Source of the DNA: an uncultured Bacteroidales bacterium
GTDB taxonomy: Bacteria > Bacteroidota > Bacteroidia > Bacteroidales > UBA4181
Assembly (NCBI GenBank): GCA_964349835.1
Contig: CAYGID010000001.1
Coordinates: 43,973 to 107,972, forward strand
Reading direction: 5' to 3'
Length of the DNA stretch: 64,000 nt
The notes below the pieces were generated by a model that was not told where the DNA came from, did no database searches, and saw nothing but the letters and a program-made list of their open reading frames with translations. Positions 28,801-38,192 of the stretch are shown piece by piece (the stretch's first letter is position 1; every line of letters starts with the position of its first letter). The position numbers were made by a program, and so were the translations under genes.

Positions 28801-29829
28801 GAGCCCTCCGTAAAAGGTACCCACCCACACTCCTCCTTCGCGATCCTTGAAGATGGGGTAAACAAACCGATTAGAAAGGCTCCGGTTATCGACGGGGTCG
28901 GGTGTGAGAAGCGTGTGCTCGCGCGATTCCACTTTGTAGTAGCTCAGACCGTAATCGGAACCGATGAGCAGTTCGCCCGAGGCATATTCGGCAATGGAAT
29001 GGATGTGGGTAATAAGAGCCTCGCCATTTTGCGCTAAATGGCGGGTGAGTGCGCCACTGTTCCTGTCTAAAGCAATCAATCCGTGCGACCAGGTGGTTAT
29101 CCAAAAGAGGCCGTTACTGTCTTCGAAGAGGTTGCAAATGGCAAACTCCGACAACCCGGCATATTGGGCGTTTGGTTTAAATGGTTCTAACTGGTTCGAT
29201 CCGGGGGCACAAAAGAAGAGGGGGTCGCCGGATCGCTGAAAGGCAACCCAAATGAGACCGCGGCTGTCGGCTATCAGCGATGCCACCCGGCCGGTTCCAG
29301 GCTGAAGGCCCGACCGAAGAGCCACCTGCTCTATGCGCACCGAGTCGGGATCGACCCGGAATACCCCTTTTCCGTAGGTTCCAATCCACAATCGACGTTG
29401 GGTGTCTTCGGCTATGGCAACAACGGTGGCATCGATGGGTACCCCGCTGGCAGCAGTGGCGCCCACGCGCGCAAACTGCTCGAACCGGGGGTCAAACAGA
29501 AAGAGACCCTCCTCACCGCCCGCCCATAATCGACCCTGGCTGTCTTCGAACAGGGTAAGAATCAATTGATTTTCGGGCCGGAGCGTATCGCCCGAAAGGG
29601 TGCGAAATCGCTTAAACGAGTGACCGTCGAAACGGTTTAGACCGCCGTCGGTGGCAATCCAGATAAATCCGCTTTTGTCTTGCAACAGGGCTCGAACGCT
29701 GTTCGAAGCCAGTCCCTGCTCTACCCTGTAGTGTCTGAACGAAAAGGGGCCCGCCCAAAGCGAGGGCAGAAGTGCCACACAATAGACAAAAGTGGTCAGA
29801 AGGAGGGCGAAAATGCGACAAAACATCAT
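25822..29829 (-). CDS. Hybrid two-component system sensor kinase/response regulator with AraC-type HTH (HTCS)
   Basis: 1335 aa. In order: signal peptide, periplasmic beta-propeller repeats and a Y_Y_Y-like region, TM helix, HisKA (FFTHIAHEIRTPL), HATPase, receiver (LLIVEDDVEMRNF...DIMMPGIDG) and a C-terminal AraC HTH. Confidence 0.92.
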   Translation of the reverse strand: MMFCRIFALLLTTFVYCVALLPSLWAGPFSFRHYRVEQGLASNSVRALLQDKSGFIWIATDGGLNRFDGHSFKRFRTLSGDTLRPENQLILTLFEDSQGRLWAGGEEGLFLFDPRFEQFARVGATAASGVPIDATVVAIAEDTQRRLWIGTYGKGVFRVDPDSVRIEQVALRSGLQPGTGRVASLIADSRGLIWVAFQRSGDPLFFCAPGSNQLEPFKPNAQYAGLSEFAICNLFEDSNGLFWITTWSHGLIALDRNSGALTRHLAQNGEALITHIHSIAEYASGELLIGSDYGLSYYKVESREHTLLTPDPVDNRSLSNRFVYPIFKDREGGVWVGTFYGGLNYLSPGSRVFERYFPSPEPGSMKGYVVSSFCEGPNGQIWVGTDDGGLHQFSPQTGSFAHFSPQNDSWQGNIHALCLDGNSLWVGTYTDGLYRLDTPSGRLTPFRQPSGSNLSELNSVYSLYKDKTGVLWAGTMSSIAHLNPQTGAFERDKWTGITVMKILQDNLSRMWFATQGRGIWVYDKRGESWVNYLSSPRDSTTLPGNQINDMCLDAQNRLWIATDGGLCRFDSERNQFIRVAVPTSHEVICGVVPDRGLLWLTTLRGLVRYNPETGKSKIFYQSNGLQSDQFTAGALLRSSDGKIYAGTADGFNAFHPEQIVDNRYEAPLAITQIQLFNRELPLVPGGILQTSPVWLQEITLVHHQNVFSVEFVALSYVTPQRNLYAYKLEGFDKEWNYGVNLRKATYTNLSPGTYTLRIKGSNSDEVWNRSERTLLVTILPPFWLSPGFLLFYWVGGLGLLLFLLYYFHNRWVTRQQRRADELFQAREDELHQTRMQFFTHIAHEIRTPLTLILAPVEKIRSHRTGVPAHIEEALQTVERNSRHLLSLAKQWLDFQKADSGRFQMHFAPVQPGPLIQSVCDRFEPLFTLRKIRLECRIPESLPSLIADADALEKIVGNLIGNAIKYTAGEIRVECMLTARPSRLAISVSDNGKGIPDAEKENVLKPFYQVAGSDHSGVGIGLSLVKLLVEAHKGELAIENNSPGATFVVTLPLSESLSQESEQKVEPENGSNKASPPDSQPDSEMTLLIVEDDVEMRNFLAANFESEFAVLTAADGGEALSVLGKRLPDLVITDIMMPGIDGIALCREIKGNLLWCHIPVIALTAKTDVASKIEGLQTGADAYVEKPFSPVFLRAQVWNLIESRRLLRKRFAEMPLTRLSGVGAHPADNEFLTKVDALIEAHIADAGFSIDQMAEALCVSRSGLFAKIKQMTGFTPNDLIRIVRLKRAARLLSEKRYRINEVALLVGFNSPSYFAKSFFQQFRTTPKDFVKQLNKP

Positions 29830-30277
29830 AAAAAGGAGTTAATCATGCAATTTTAGGATTAATTCCGCGACATAGAATGGCAAAACGGTCGGAGTTGCCA
29901 AAAATTATAATCTAACCGACGTATGTTACACATAATTAGACTATCGTATCAGTGTAATGCAAATTGACACAGCAGTCGCGCGCAGAGAAAACGAAAAAGA
30001 GGTATTTGTTGAACTACACATTAAACTAATCGCCATTATTTACGAATTGTTTCGTTCGATCGCAGACTCGTGTTTTGGGTTGAGCCTGGCCGAAATCACG
30101 AGAATATTTCCTCCTATTTAATGGACGCAGAAAGAAAACTAATTAGAATTATGACTATCAATCCATTAACAAACAGAATTAACCCGAACATTTTTTACTA
30201 CAAAAAACCATATGTCCGTAAAGTTTGAATTATTGTTAATATTCTTTACATTTGAAGCTCAAAAAAAAAACAAATTT
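29830..30277. other. Low-GC (about 34% by hand count over 29821-30300) non-coding spacer
   Basis: 448 nt with no ORF of 60 codons or more. A 60-nt sample of the flanking HTCS coding sequence counts about 58% GC. Confidence 0.8.
30247..30254 (+). promoter_or_regulatory. -7 promoter box (TAcaTTTG) for the XRE-type gene
   Basis: TACATTTG lies 24 nt upstream of the ATG at 30278. It sits inside the longer track ORF, which argues for the shorter start. Confidence 0.55.
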
Positions 30278-30577
30278 ATGGGCCTATTTAGAACACAAGT
30301 AAGACGTCTTCGCGAAAGCAGAAATACGTCGCAAAGAGAAGTCGGGGCTTTTATTCAAGCCAACACCGCATTTGTTTGCCTTATGGAAAAAGGCGATCGT
30401 CAGGCATCGAAAGAGCAAGTTCTTAAACTTGCCGAGATGTTTCAGATGGATCCCGACAAGTTGTTAACCCTGTGGTTAGCAGAAAGGATCACCCTGATTC
30501 TGCAGGGCGAATCGAACGGGAAAAAAGCGCTGCGACTGGCTGAGAAAGAACTGTTCAAAAACACCGAGAACGAGTAG
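30278..30577 (+). CDS. XRE-family helix-turn-helix transcriptional regulator
   Basis: 99 aa from MGLFRTQVRRLRESRNTSQREVGAFIQANTAFVCLMEKGDRQASKEQVLKLAEMF (HTH_3 pattern), with a C-terminal LTLWLAERI helix common in Bacteroidota XRE proteins. Confidence 0.75.
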   Translation: MGLFRTQVRRLRESRNTSQREVGAFIQANTAFVCLMEKGDRQASKEQVLKLAEMFQMDPDKLLTLWLAERITLILQGESNGKKALRLAEKELFKNTENE

Positions 30578-30637
30578 TTCGTTAGAACGACTTAACCGTT
30601 CTCAGTGAATTTGTAAGCAGAATGCCTTTTGCGACTC

Positions 30638-30676
30638 GTAAAGGGGGGTTACCACTTAGTGGTAACCCCCCTTTAC
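30638..30676 (+). terminator. Strong hairpin terminator after the XRE gene
   Basis: Perfect 18-bp stem gtaaaggggggttaccac/gtggtaacccccctttac with a 3-nt loop, followed by tATTTTTat. Confidence 0.75.
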
Positions 30677-30762
30677 TATTTTTATCATGGATTGCTACTT
30701 CGCTAAGGTTTGCCTCCGGGCTTCGCCACGTAAACAGGCCAGATGTCGTAGTTGTGCTGCTA

Positions 30763-31773
30763 TTACCGGAGCGAAACCACCGGCCACCCTTTTTTATTCC
30801 ATGTTATCTGTTCGATGAGCAGTTTCGACCTGCCGTTATCGTTGGCGTCGTAACCGTGAAACACCAGATAGTCGGAGCCGTCGAAACTGACTACGGCGTT
30901 ATGCCCCACTCCGTGCCAGTTAACATCCCCTTCTAAAAGGAGTGTGCCCCCTCCGGTGGCCATCGATTTGCCCTTCTGATCGAGGTAGGGACCTGCCAGC
31001 TTGCGCGAGCGCCCCACAACCATTTTATAGGTACTGTTTACCCCTTTGCAGCAATAGTCGATCGATGCAAACAGGTAGAAATATTTGCCTTTTTTATAGA
31101 TGAAGGGGGCCTCTATGGCGTTTCCACCCGCATCAACGGGGTTGTTATCGACAGAAGGTGGGTTGGGGTCGCTCGGATTGCTCTTGCGCGATGCAAGAGT
31201 ACGAAGCGAGGCAAGGTCGTCGTCGATAGCCAGAGCATCGGGAGTTAAACGAACCAGCTTCAGCCCATCCCAAAAAGAGCCGAACGACAGATAGGGATGC
31301 CCCTTTTCGTTGAGGATAAAATTGGGATCAATTGCGTTCCAGTTGGTTTTTCCCGGAACCGACTCAATCACCTTCCCGTGGTCGACCCACTGAAATTGGG
31401 GATCAGCGGGATTGAGCGTTTTGTTAGTAGCCACTCCGATACAGGAGGTGTTTTTCCCAAACGCCGAAACCGAATAGTAGAGGTAGTATTGCCCTTTGTA
31501 CCAGGCAATGTCGGGAGCCCAGGTATGGCCGTTATATCCGCGAACAGCCTCTACTGCCCAGGCCGGAGCCTGTGCAAAAACACTCTTCTCTCGCTTCCAC
31601 TCCTTCATATCTTGCGAAGAAAAAACAGAAACGCCGAACCCGGTACAGAAGAGATAGTAGGTTCCGTCGTGCCGCGCCATAACGGGATCATGCACCGAAA
31701 TCTTTTGGGCAGGAGCGGGCAGTCCGAACGAAAGTAAAAAGAGAATCAGGGAAACAATACAGATGGGGTTCAT
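30763..31773 (-). CDS. Glycoside hydrolase family 43 (endo-arabinanase-like)
   Basis: 336 aa from MNPICIVSLILFLLSFGLPAPAQ (signal peptide). VHDPV, WAPDI and YYLYYS motifs are typical of five-bladed GH43 enzymes. The upstream ATG at 31821 lies beyond the promoter box. Confidence 0.85.
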   Translation of the reverse strand: MNPICIVSLILFLLSFGLPAPAQKISVHDPVMARHDGTYYLFCTGFGVSVFSSQDMKEWKREKSVFAQAPAWAVEAVRGYNGHTWAPDIAWYKGQYYLYYSVSAFGKNTSCIGVATNKTLNPADPQFQWVDHGKVIESVPGKTNWNAIDPNFILNEKGHPYLSFGSFWDGLKLVRLTPDALAIDDDLASLRTLASRKSNPSDPNPPSVDNNPVDAGGNAIEAPFIYKKGKYFYLFASIDYCCKGVNSTYKMVVGRSRKLAGPYLDQKGKSMATGGGTLLLEGDVNWHGVGHNAVVSFDGSDYLVFHGYDANDNGRSKLLIEQITWNKKGWPVVSLR

Positions 31774-31795
31774 GGGAGTGGTAAATGGGTTTATA

Positions 31796-31803
31796 CAAAT
31801 GTA
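31796..31803 (-). promoter_or_regulatory. -7 promoter box (TAcaTTTG) for the GH43 gene
   Basis: The minus strand reads TACATTTG 23 nt upstream of the ATG at 31773. Confidence 0.5.
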
Positions 31804-31855
31804 GGGATTTAGCCGATTCAAACAGCAGCCTGCGGCCCAACCGAAAAAGCGGAAG

Positions 31856-31894
31856 AAAAAAAACGGGACAAACCCGTTGAAGGATTTGTCCCGT
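31856..31894 (-). terminator. Rho-independent terminator downstream of tRNA-Arg
   Basis: 10-bp stem acgggacaaa/tttgtcccgt (31863-31894), followed on the minus strand by a T-run. Confidence 0.8.
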
Positions 31895-31931
31895 GAGGGG
31901 GAGTGGCCCTAAACACCCCGCACAAACTCAG

Positions 31932-32005
31932 TGACCGCGACAGGACTCAAACCTGTGACTTTCAGAACCGGAATCTGACGTTCTATTCAACTGAACTACG
32001 CGGCC
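31932..32005 (-). tRNA. tRNA-Arg (anticodon CCG)
   Basis: The reverse complement GGCCGCG-TA-GTTC..GAAC-G-TCAGA-TTCCGGT-TCTGA-AAGTC-ACAGG-TTTGAGT-CCTGT-CGCGGTC-A forms a 74-nt cloverleaf. Confidence 0.92.
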
Positions 32006-32019
32006 TACTTGAAACGGTG

Positions 32020-32027
32020 CAAAAGTA
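32020..32027 (-). promoter_or_regulatory. -7 promoter box (TActTTTG) for tRNA-Arg
   Basis: The minus strand reads TACTTTTG 15 nt upstream of the tRNA 5' end. Confidence 0.5.
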
Positions 32028-32064
32028 ACAATTTTTCAGCAACCTGAACATGCGGAAAAATTTT

Positions 32065-32072
32065 TACCTTTG
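32065..32072 (+). promoter_or_regulatory. -7 promoter box (TAccTTTG) for leuS
   Basis: TACCTTTG lies 35 nt upstream of the ATG at 32107. It sits inside the longer track ORF, which supports the 32107 start. Confidence 0.55.
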
Positions 32073-32106
32073 CCTTTTTATAAAGCTCTGTTTCACGCAA
32101 CAATCC

Positions 32107-34866
32107 ATGGAATATTCGTTTACCGAAATTGAGTCCAAATGGCGTCGCCGTTGGATAGAAGAGGATGCATACCGCGTAGTTGAGGACTCCTCCCTCCCAA
32201 AATATTATGTGCTCGACATGTTTCCCTACCCTTCGGGGGCCGGACTCCATGTTGGCCATCCGCTGGGATATATTGCTTCCGATATCTTTGCCCGTTACAA
32301 ACGGATGAAAGGGTTTAATGTGCTGCACCCTATGGGGTACGATGCATTCGGCCTGCCGGCCGAGCAGTATGCCATCCAAACCGGACAACATCCGGCGGTT
32401 ACCACCGAAAAGAATATTGCCCGATATCGCGAACAACTCAACCGGATTGGTTTCTCATTCGACTGGAGTCGCGAAGTAAAAACCTGCGATCCCTCCTACT
32501 ACAAGTGGACACAGTGGGCCTTTATCCAGATGTTTCACCATTGGTACAACAAAGAGTCGGATAAGGCCGAACCGATTGCTACGCTGATTGAAGCCTTCTC
32601 GAAAGGGGGAAACAGCGTGGTGAATGCCGCCCACTCCTGCACCCGACTCTTCTCTGCCTGCGAATGGAAGAGCATGTCCGAAACGGAGCAGTTGACCATC
32701 CTGCTCGACTATCGGCTGGCTTATCTGGCCGATACGCAGGTAAACTGGTGCCCGGCGTTGGGTACGGTTTTGGCCAACGACGAGGTGAAAGAGGGTCTCT
32801 CCGTACGGGGAGGCCACGAAGTGATTCAAAAAGAGATGAAGCAGTGGTCGCTCCGTATCTCTGCCTATGCACAACGCCTGCTCGACGGGCTCAACAAGGT
32901 GGAGTGGACCGACTCTCTGAAGGAGATTCAACGCAACTGGATTGGCCGTTCGCAAGGGGCCGAGGTGCTCTTTCCGGTGAAAGGGCTTGCCGAACAGATG
33001 CTGATTTTCACCACCCGGGCCGATACGCTTTTCGGAGTCACCTTTATGGTATTGGCCCCCGAAAGCAGTTGGGTCGAGAAAGTGACCACCCCCGAACAGC
33101 AGGAGGCCGTTGCTAACTATCTGGAGCTGGTAAAAAAGCGCAATGAACGCGAGCGCCAGGCCGACACCAAAACGGTTACCGGCGTTTTTACGGGAGGTTA
33201 TGCCGTAAACCCTTTTACCGGCGAGGAAGTGCCCATCTGGGTGAGCGACTATGTGCTGGCCGGCTACGGCACAGGGGCCATTATGGCGGTTCCGGGGCAC
33301 GATTCGCGCGACTACGCCTTTGCACGACACTTTAACCTCCCCATTATTCCGCTGATTGAAGGGTGCGACATTTCGATAGAAAGTTTCGACGCCAAAGAGG
33401 GCATTATGGCGAATTCGGGTTTCCTGAACGGGAAAAGTGTAGCCGAAGCTATCCCGATGGCCATTGATGAGGTCGAGAATAGGGGCATCGGACGTCGGAA
33501 AATCAACTTCCGTCTCCGTGATGCCATCTTCAGCCGTCAGCGTTACTGGGGCGAACCCTTCCCCATCTATTACAAGGATGGACTGCCCTATACCGTCGAC
33601 GAAAAGGATCTTCCCATTGTGCTGCCCGAGGTCGATGCCTACCTGCCTACCGAAGAGGGAGCCCCTCCGCTGGGAAGGGCAAAGGATTGGACTTATAAGG
33701 GATTCCCCCTGGAGCAGAGCACCATGCCTGGTTTTGCGGGATCGTCGGCCTATTTCCTCCACTATATGGATCCAAACAATGGCCAGCAGCTCATCGACCC
33801 CGATAAGAACCGTTACTGGCAGAATGTCGACCTCTATGTGGGAGGTACTGAGCACGCCACCGGTCATCTTTTGTATAGCCGTTTCTGGACCAAATTCCTC
33901 TTCGACATCGGCGTAATCTGTAAGGAGGAGCCCTTCCAAAAACTGGTAAACCAGGGGATGATTCAGGGTCGGTCGAACTTTGTGTACCGAATCAAGGGAA
34001 CCAAAACCTACGTTTCGTTTGGCCTGAAGGCCGGGTACGATGTTACCGACATCCACGTAGATGTAAATATTGTTCAGAACGATCTGCTCGATCTGGAGAA
34101 GTTCCGTGCATGGAGCCCCGAAAATGCCGATGCCGAGTTCATTCTCGAAGAGGGAAAATATGTGTGCGGATGGGCCGTAGAGAAGATGTCGAAATCGATG
34201 TACAACGTGGTGAGTCCCGATCTGATTGTTGAGCGCTATGGCGCCGATACGCTGCGCATGTACGAGATGTTCCTGGGTCCGCTCGAACAGTCGAAACCTT
34301 GGGATACCGCCGGTATCGAGGGGGTTCATCGCTTTTTGCGCCGCTTTTGGAATCTCTTTTTCGACCGCGAGGGTCAGAGCCTTCTCACCCACGAAGATCC
34401 CTCCCAAAAGGAGTTGCGGATTCTGCACAAAACCATACGGAAAATCAGTTCCGATATTGAGACCTTCTCGTTCAACACGGGGGTAAGCGCCTTTATGATT
34501 TGCCTCAACGAGCTGCAGGAGGAGAAGTGCCACAAGCGGGCCATTCTCGACCCGCTGGTTAGGCTTCTGTCGCCCTTTGCGCCCCATCTGGCCGAAGAGT
34601 TGTGGGATGCTCTGGGCCATACCGACGGAGTGCTGAAGCAACCCTTTCCGGAAGCCATTGCGGAATATCTTACCGAAAGTTCTTTTGCCTATCCGGTCTC
34701 CTTTAACGGGAAAACCCGTTTCATGCTGGAGCTTCCGTTGAATATGGCCATTGCCGATATGGAGGCATGCGTGCTGGGCCATGAGTTGTCGGCAAAATGG
34801 CTCGACGCGAAAAAACCGAAAAAAATCATCATTGTTCCAAATCGAATTATTAATGTTGTGGTATAA
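32107..34866 (+). CDS. leuS: Leucine--tRNA ligase
   Basis: 919 aa from [16 protein letters not shown], with the HIGH-type motif [10 protein letters not shown] and the KMSKS motif. Confidence 0.97.
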   Translation: MEYSFTEIESKWRRRWIEEDAYRVVEDSSLPKYYVLDMFPYPSGAGLHVGHPLGYIASDIFARYKRMKGFNVLHPMGYDAFGLPAEQYAIQTGQHPAVTTEKNIARYREQLNRIGFSFDWSREVKTCDPSYYKWTQWAFIQMFHHWYNKESDKAEPIATLIEAFSKGGNSVVNAAHSCTRLFSACEWKSMSETEQLTILLDYRLAYLADTQVNWCPALGTVLANDEVKEGLSVRGGHEVIQKEMKQWSLRISAYAQRLLDGLNKVEWTDSLKEIQRNWIGRSQGAEVLFPVKGLAEQMLIFTTRADTLFGVTFMVLAPESSWVEKVTTPEQQEAVANYLELVKKRNERERQADTKTVTGVFTGGYAVNPFTGEEVPIWVSDYVLAGYGTGAIMAVPGHDSRDYAFARHFNLPIIPLIEGCDISIESFDAKEGIMANSGFLNGKSVAEAIPMAIDEVENRGIGRRKINFRLRDAIFSRQRYWGEPFPIYYKDGLPYTVDEKDLPIVLPEVDAYLPTEEGAPPLGRAKDWTYKGFPLEQSTMPGFAGSSAYFLHYMDPNNGQQLIDPDKNRYWQNVDLYVGGTEHATGHLLYSRFWTKFLFDIGVICKEEPFQKLVNQGMIQGRSNFVYRIKGTKTYVSFGLKAGYDVTDIHVDVNIVQNDLLDLEKFRAWSPENADAEFILEEGKYVCGWAVEKMSKSMYNVVSPDLIVERYGADTLRMYEMFLGPLEQSKPWDTAGIEGVHRFLRRFWNLFFDREGQSLLTHEDPSQKELRILHKTIRKISSDIETFSFNTGVSAFMICLNELQEEKCHKRAILDPLVRLLSPFAPHLAEELWDALGHTDGVLKQPFPEAIAEYLTESSFAYPVSFNGKTRFMLELPLNMAIADMEACVLGHELSAKWLDAKKPKKIIIVPNRIINVVV

Positions 34867-34878
34867 AACGGGCTGATC

Positions 34879-35742
34879 ATGAAAAATCCGGGAACCCTGT
34901 GGGATTCTGTCCGATCGTATCTCATCAGCACCTTGGGGCTGATGATTCTGGCGATTGCCTGGGCCGGATTTTTAATTCCCAGCGGCATTACCGGCGGAGG
35001 TGCCAGTGGAGTGGCAACCCTCATCTTCTTTTCGACCGATATACCGGTGGGATATTCGCTCATTCTACTCAACCTGGGTCTCTTTTACCTGGCCAGCCTC
35101 AAGGTGGGAAAGTCCTTTGCCCTCCGTTCGGTATTCGGTGTGGCCACCCTTTCGGTTATGATGATTCTCTTTCAGAAGATAATCACGCAACCGCTGGTAT
35201 CCGATACCTTTATGGCCACCGTAATCGGGGGTATTCTGGGCGGACTGGGTGTGGGCATGCTCTTTACGCAGAATGGAAGCAGCGGAGGCAGCGACATTGT
35301 GGCCATGGTAATTGCTCGCACCCGAAACATCAGCCCCGGCCGGATTATTATGTATGTGGATGTGCTGGTTATCTCCAGCTCGTTTCTTATCTTCCACTCC
35401 ATTGAGAAGGTAATTTACGGCTACTGTTACATGGTGATTTCGTCGTATGTAATAGACCTTGTACTCACGGGAAACCAGCAATCGTTCCAAATATGGATCT
35501 TTACCGCAAAACATGAGACCATTGCGCACAGGATCTCTTCGGAGGTGGGGCGCGGGGTTACCCTCCTTCACGGGCAGGGGTGGTATTCAAAAAAAGAGTC
35601 TATGGTGCTGATGGTTATGACCCGCAAGAATGAGTCGTCGCAGGTTCTCCGGATTGTGAAAGAGGAGGATCCCAATGCGTTTCTCTCAATGAACAGCGTG
35701 ATGGGGGTCTTCGGAGAGGGCTTCGACAGAATAAAGAGCTAA
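34879..35742 (+). CDS. YitT-family membrane protein
   Basis: 287 aa with about five TM helices, followed by a soluble C-terminal DUF2179-like domain. Confidence 0.78.
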   Translation: MKNPGTLWDSVRSYLISTLGLMILAIAWAGFLIPSGITGGGASGVATLIFFSTDIPVGYSLILLNLGLFYLASLKVGKSFALRSVFGVATLSVMMILFQKIITQPLVSDTFMATVIGGILGGLGVGMLFTQNGSSGGSDIVAMVIARTRNISPGRIIMYVDVLVISSSFLIFHSIEKVIYGYCYMVISSYVIDLVLTGNQQSFQIWIFTAKHETIAHRISSEVGRGVTLLHGQGWYSKKESMVLMVMTRKNESSQVLRIVKEEDPNAFLSMNSVMGVFGEGFDRIKS

Positions 35743-35794
35743 CAGCTATATTGAGTCTTCGGAGAGCTCTTCGAATAGAAAAAAGAGCAAGAAG

Positions 35795-37087
35795 TTGCAC
35801 AACAAAAAGGAAAGCATGCCGGGAAAAAGAGGATATTGGGTTGCAGGTATTACAGGCCTACTGGTACTTATTATAGTTCTGGCGGGTCTGATTGTTTTTG
35901 GGTCTAAAAAAGAAGATGTCGCTCCGGCGCCCCCTCAACCGGAACCGGAAGTGATTCGCGAATACGGTTTGGCGGTTGATTCTTTCAGGATTGAGGTGGG
36001 TTCGGTTCCGAGAAATCAGGTGTTCGGTGAGCTCTTTAAACAGCTGGGGGCCAATCCCGCACAGGTAGGCCGGCTTACCGAGGCTTCGCAAGGTATTTTC
36101 GATTTGCGGAAAGTGAAGGCAGGCAATATGTATAAAGCCTTCTACCCACTCTCCCACCCCGACTCCCTGCACGCGGTGGTGTATGAGCACTCGCCCACCG
36201 AGTATTTCCGTTTCGATATGATTCCCGCGGTTTCGGTTATGAAGGGCGAAAAACCGGTTTCGGTTCGGCGGCGTTATGCCGAGGCCGAGATTTCTAGTTC
36301 GCTATGGAATGCCATGAAGGATAAGCAATTGAGCCCGCTCTTAGGGCTTGAACTTTCGAACATCTACGCTTGGACCATCGACTTTTTCGGTCTGCAGAAG
36401 GGCGATAAGTTTTCGGTGATTTACGACGAGTTGTATGTGGATACCACCTTTATCGGAATCGGACAGATCTATTCGGCCAGGTTTGCTTCGATGGACTCTC
36501 TGTTCGATGCCTACTTTTTTGTGCAGGACAGTGTGGGATCGTTCTGGAACGAAAAGGGCGAAAGCCTCAGAAAGGCCTTTCTGAAAGCGCCCCTGAGCTT
36601 TACACGCATCAGTTCGGGCTTTTCGTATGCCCGCCGCCATCCGGTGCTGAAGGTGGTGAGAGCCCATACCGGGGTCGATTACGCTGCCCCGAGGGGAACC
36701 CCGGTGATGAGTATCGGCGACGGAACCGTGATAGCACGAAGTTATCAGGGGGGTGGGGGAAATACAGTAAAAATCAGGCATAATAGTGTGTACACCACAG
36801 CCTACCTGCATCTTTCGGGTTATGCCAAAGGGTTACAGATGGGAAGCAGGGTGAGGCAGGGAGATGTCATCGGGTATGTGGGCTCCACCGGATTGTCGAC
36901 AGGCCCCCATCTCGACTTTCGAGTGTGGCAGAATGGATCGCCCATAAACCCCCTGAAAATTGAGTCGCCCCCGGTTGAACCTATTAAGGATCACAACCGT
37001 GTCCTGTTCGATAGTGCAGTTACGGTGCTGCGGGCCGAACTGGAAAGAAAACAACCCTCCACTCCCGATTCTATCTTCTCACAGTGA
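35795..37087 (+). CDS. M23-family metallopeptidase (LytM-type)
   Basis: N-terminal TM anchor, with HTGVDYAAPRGTPV (HxxxD) and GSTGLSTGPHLDFRV (HxH) motifs. An alternative start is the ATG at 35816. Confidence 0.85.
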   Translation: MHNKKESMPGKRGYWVAGITGLLVLIIVLAGLIVFGSKKEDVAPAPPQPEPEVIREYGLAVDSFRIEVGSVPRNQVFGELFKQLGANPAQVGRLTEASQGIFDLRKVKAGNMYKAFYPLSHPDSLHAVVYEHSPTEYFRFDMIPAVSVMKGEKPVSVRRRYAEAEISSSLWNAMKDKQLSPLLGLELSNIYAWTIDFFGLQKGDKFSVIYDELYVDTTFIGIGQIYSARFASMDSLFDAYFFVQDSVGSFWNEKGESLRKAFLKAPLSFTRISSGFSYARRHPVLKVVRAHTGVDYAAPRGTPVMSIGDGTVIARSYQGGGGNTVKIRHNSVYTTAYLHLSGYAKGLQMGSRVRQGDVIGYVGSTGLSTGPHLDFRVWQNGSPINPLKIESPPVEPIKDHNRVLFDSAVTVLRAELERKQPSTPDSIFSQ

Positions 37088-37632
37088 TTAGCAGTAGCGA
37101 ACACAATCTGATTGAACGGCTCAAAAACCCCAAAACCAGGGAAGAGGCCTTCAGGGTTCTTGTTCGCGAGAACCAGGAGCGGCTCTATCGCCATATCCGA
37201 AGGATTGTGTTGGTGCATGAGGATGCCGACGATGTGGTACAGAACACCTTTATCAAGATCTGGAAAGGACTTGAGGGGTTTCGCGAGGAGTCGAAACTCT
37301 CTACTTGGATGTACCGCATTGCCACGAACGAAGCGCTGTCGTTTCTGGAAAAAAAGAAGCACGAACTTCGCATCAGCAACGAAGAGGTGCATGAAGAGAT
37401 GATTTCGCGCATGAAGGCAGACCCTTGGTTTCATGGCGACGAGCTGCAGGAGACCTTTCAAAAGGCCATTCTGTCGCTTCCCGAGAAGCAGCGGCTGGTG
37501 TTTAATATGCGCTATTTCGAAGATATCCGATATGAGGAGATGTCGGCGCTACTCGACACTTCGGTGGGTGCGCTCAAAGCTTCGTACCATTTTGCAGCAA
37601 AAAAAATAGAAAAATATATTCGTAACCTTTAA
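37084..37632 (+). CDS. ECF-type RNA polymerase sigma-70 factor
   Basis: Region 2 is DADDVVQNTFIKIW and region 4 is FNMRYFEDIRYEEMSALLDTSVGALKASYHFAAKKI. There is no in-frame ATG, so the GTG start shares a GTGA overlap with the M23 stop. Confidence 0.85.
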   Translation: MISSSEHNLIERLKNPKTREEAFRVLVRENQERLYRHIRRIVLVHEDADDVVQNTFIKIWKGLEGFREESKLSTWMYRIATNEALSFLEKKKHELRISNEEVHEEMISRMKADPWFHGDELQETFQKAILSLPEKQRLVFNMRYFEDIRYEEMSALLDTSVGALKASYHFAAKKIEKYIRNL

Positions 37633-37663
37633 ACCTTTGGTTTCCACTTTCGTCATACTGCAT

Positions 37664-38101
37664 ATGATTGATATTTCGCACATAAAAGATCCGTTCGAAA
37701 CCCCCAACGGGTATTTCGAGTCACTGGAAGAGCGAGTTATGTCGCGGCTGGAGCCGGCCAAAAAGCCCGTTACCCGCGTGATTACGCTCCGAAGGGTGGT
37801 TTTGCCCTACCTCGCCGCGGCCGCAGCATTGGCAGGGATTTTCCTGTTTGTTCATAAGGGAGTTTTCAACCTGCCCAACCGGACCCTCACGGAGATTGGC
37901 TTCCTTACCGACTCCTCTTCGTACAACTATCTTTCGGCTCTGCCCATCGAAGAGTGGGAGTCGGAGGTGTGGGAAAATCCTTCGGCCACTCCCAATGATA
38001 TGGAGGCCTACACCGACGAACAACTTTTGTACATTGCCGAGAAGGTGAGCGATTTGGATATTCTTTCGGTTGCCTCATCGGACGTGGGTTTATTGTTCTA
38101 A
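37664..38101 (+). CDS. Single-pass membrane protein, possible anti-sigma factor
   Basis: 145 aa from MIDISHIKDPFETPNGYFESLEERV, with a central TM helix (VVLPYLAAAAALAGIFLFV). It sits directly after the ECF sigma gene. The function is inferred from position only. Confidence 0.5.
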   Translation: MIDISHIKDPFETPNGYFESLEERVMSRLEPAKKPVTRVITLRRVVLPYLAAAAALAGIFLFVHKGVFNLPNRTLTEIGFLTDSSSYNYLSALPIEEWESEVWENPSATPNDMEAYTDEQLLYIAEKVSDLDILSVASSDVGLLF

Positions 38102-38192
38102 CCGTTCTTTCTCAACTTTCGGGTGCCCCTGCCGAAGAGCGCGGATACATTAGAGAACTCCGCTTACCCGGGCACCTCAATACACACTGCAT

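Noticed and set aside
29957-30228. The two TAATG-overlapping micro-ORFs (54 and 35 codons) upstream of the XRE gene, read as a toxin-antitoxin pair
   Set aside because: There is no promoter box and no recognisable toxin or antitoxin motifs, and the sequence is very AT-rich, so open frames this short are expected by chance. They are kept only as a note inside the islet finding.
32455-34782. A 775-aa uninterrupted ORF on the minus strand, exactly antisense to leuS
   Set aside because: The plus-strand frame encodes a complete LeuS with HIGH-type and KMSKS motifs. The antisense translation has no recognisable motifs and no promoter box or sensible start context. Long shadow ORFs are expected when the sense strand rarely uses codons whose complements are stops (TTA, CTA, TCA). 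The class I/class II antisense-origin idea is intriguing, but nothing here supports expression.
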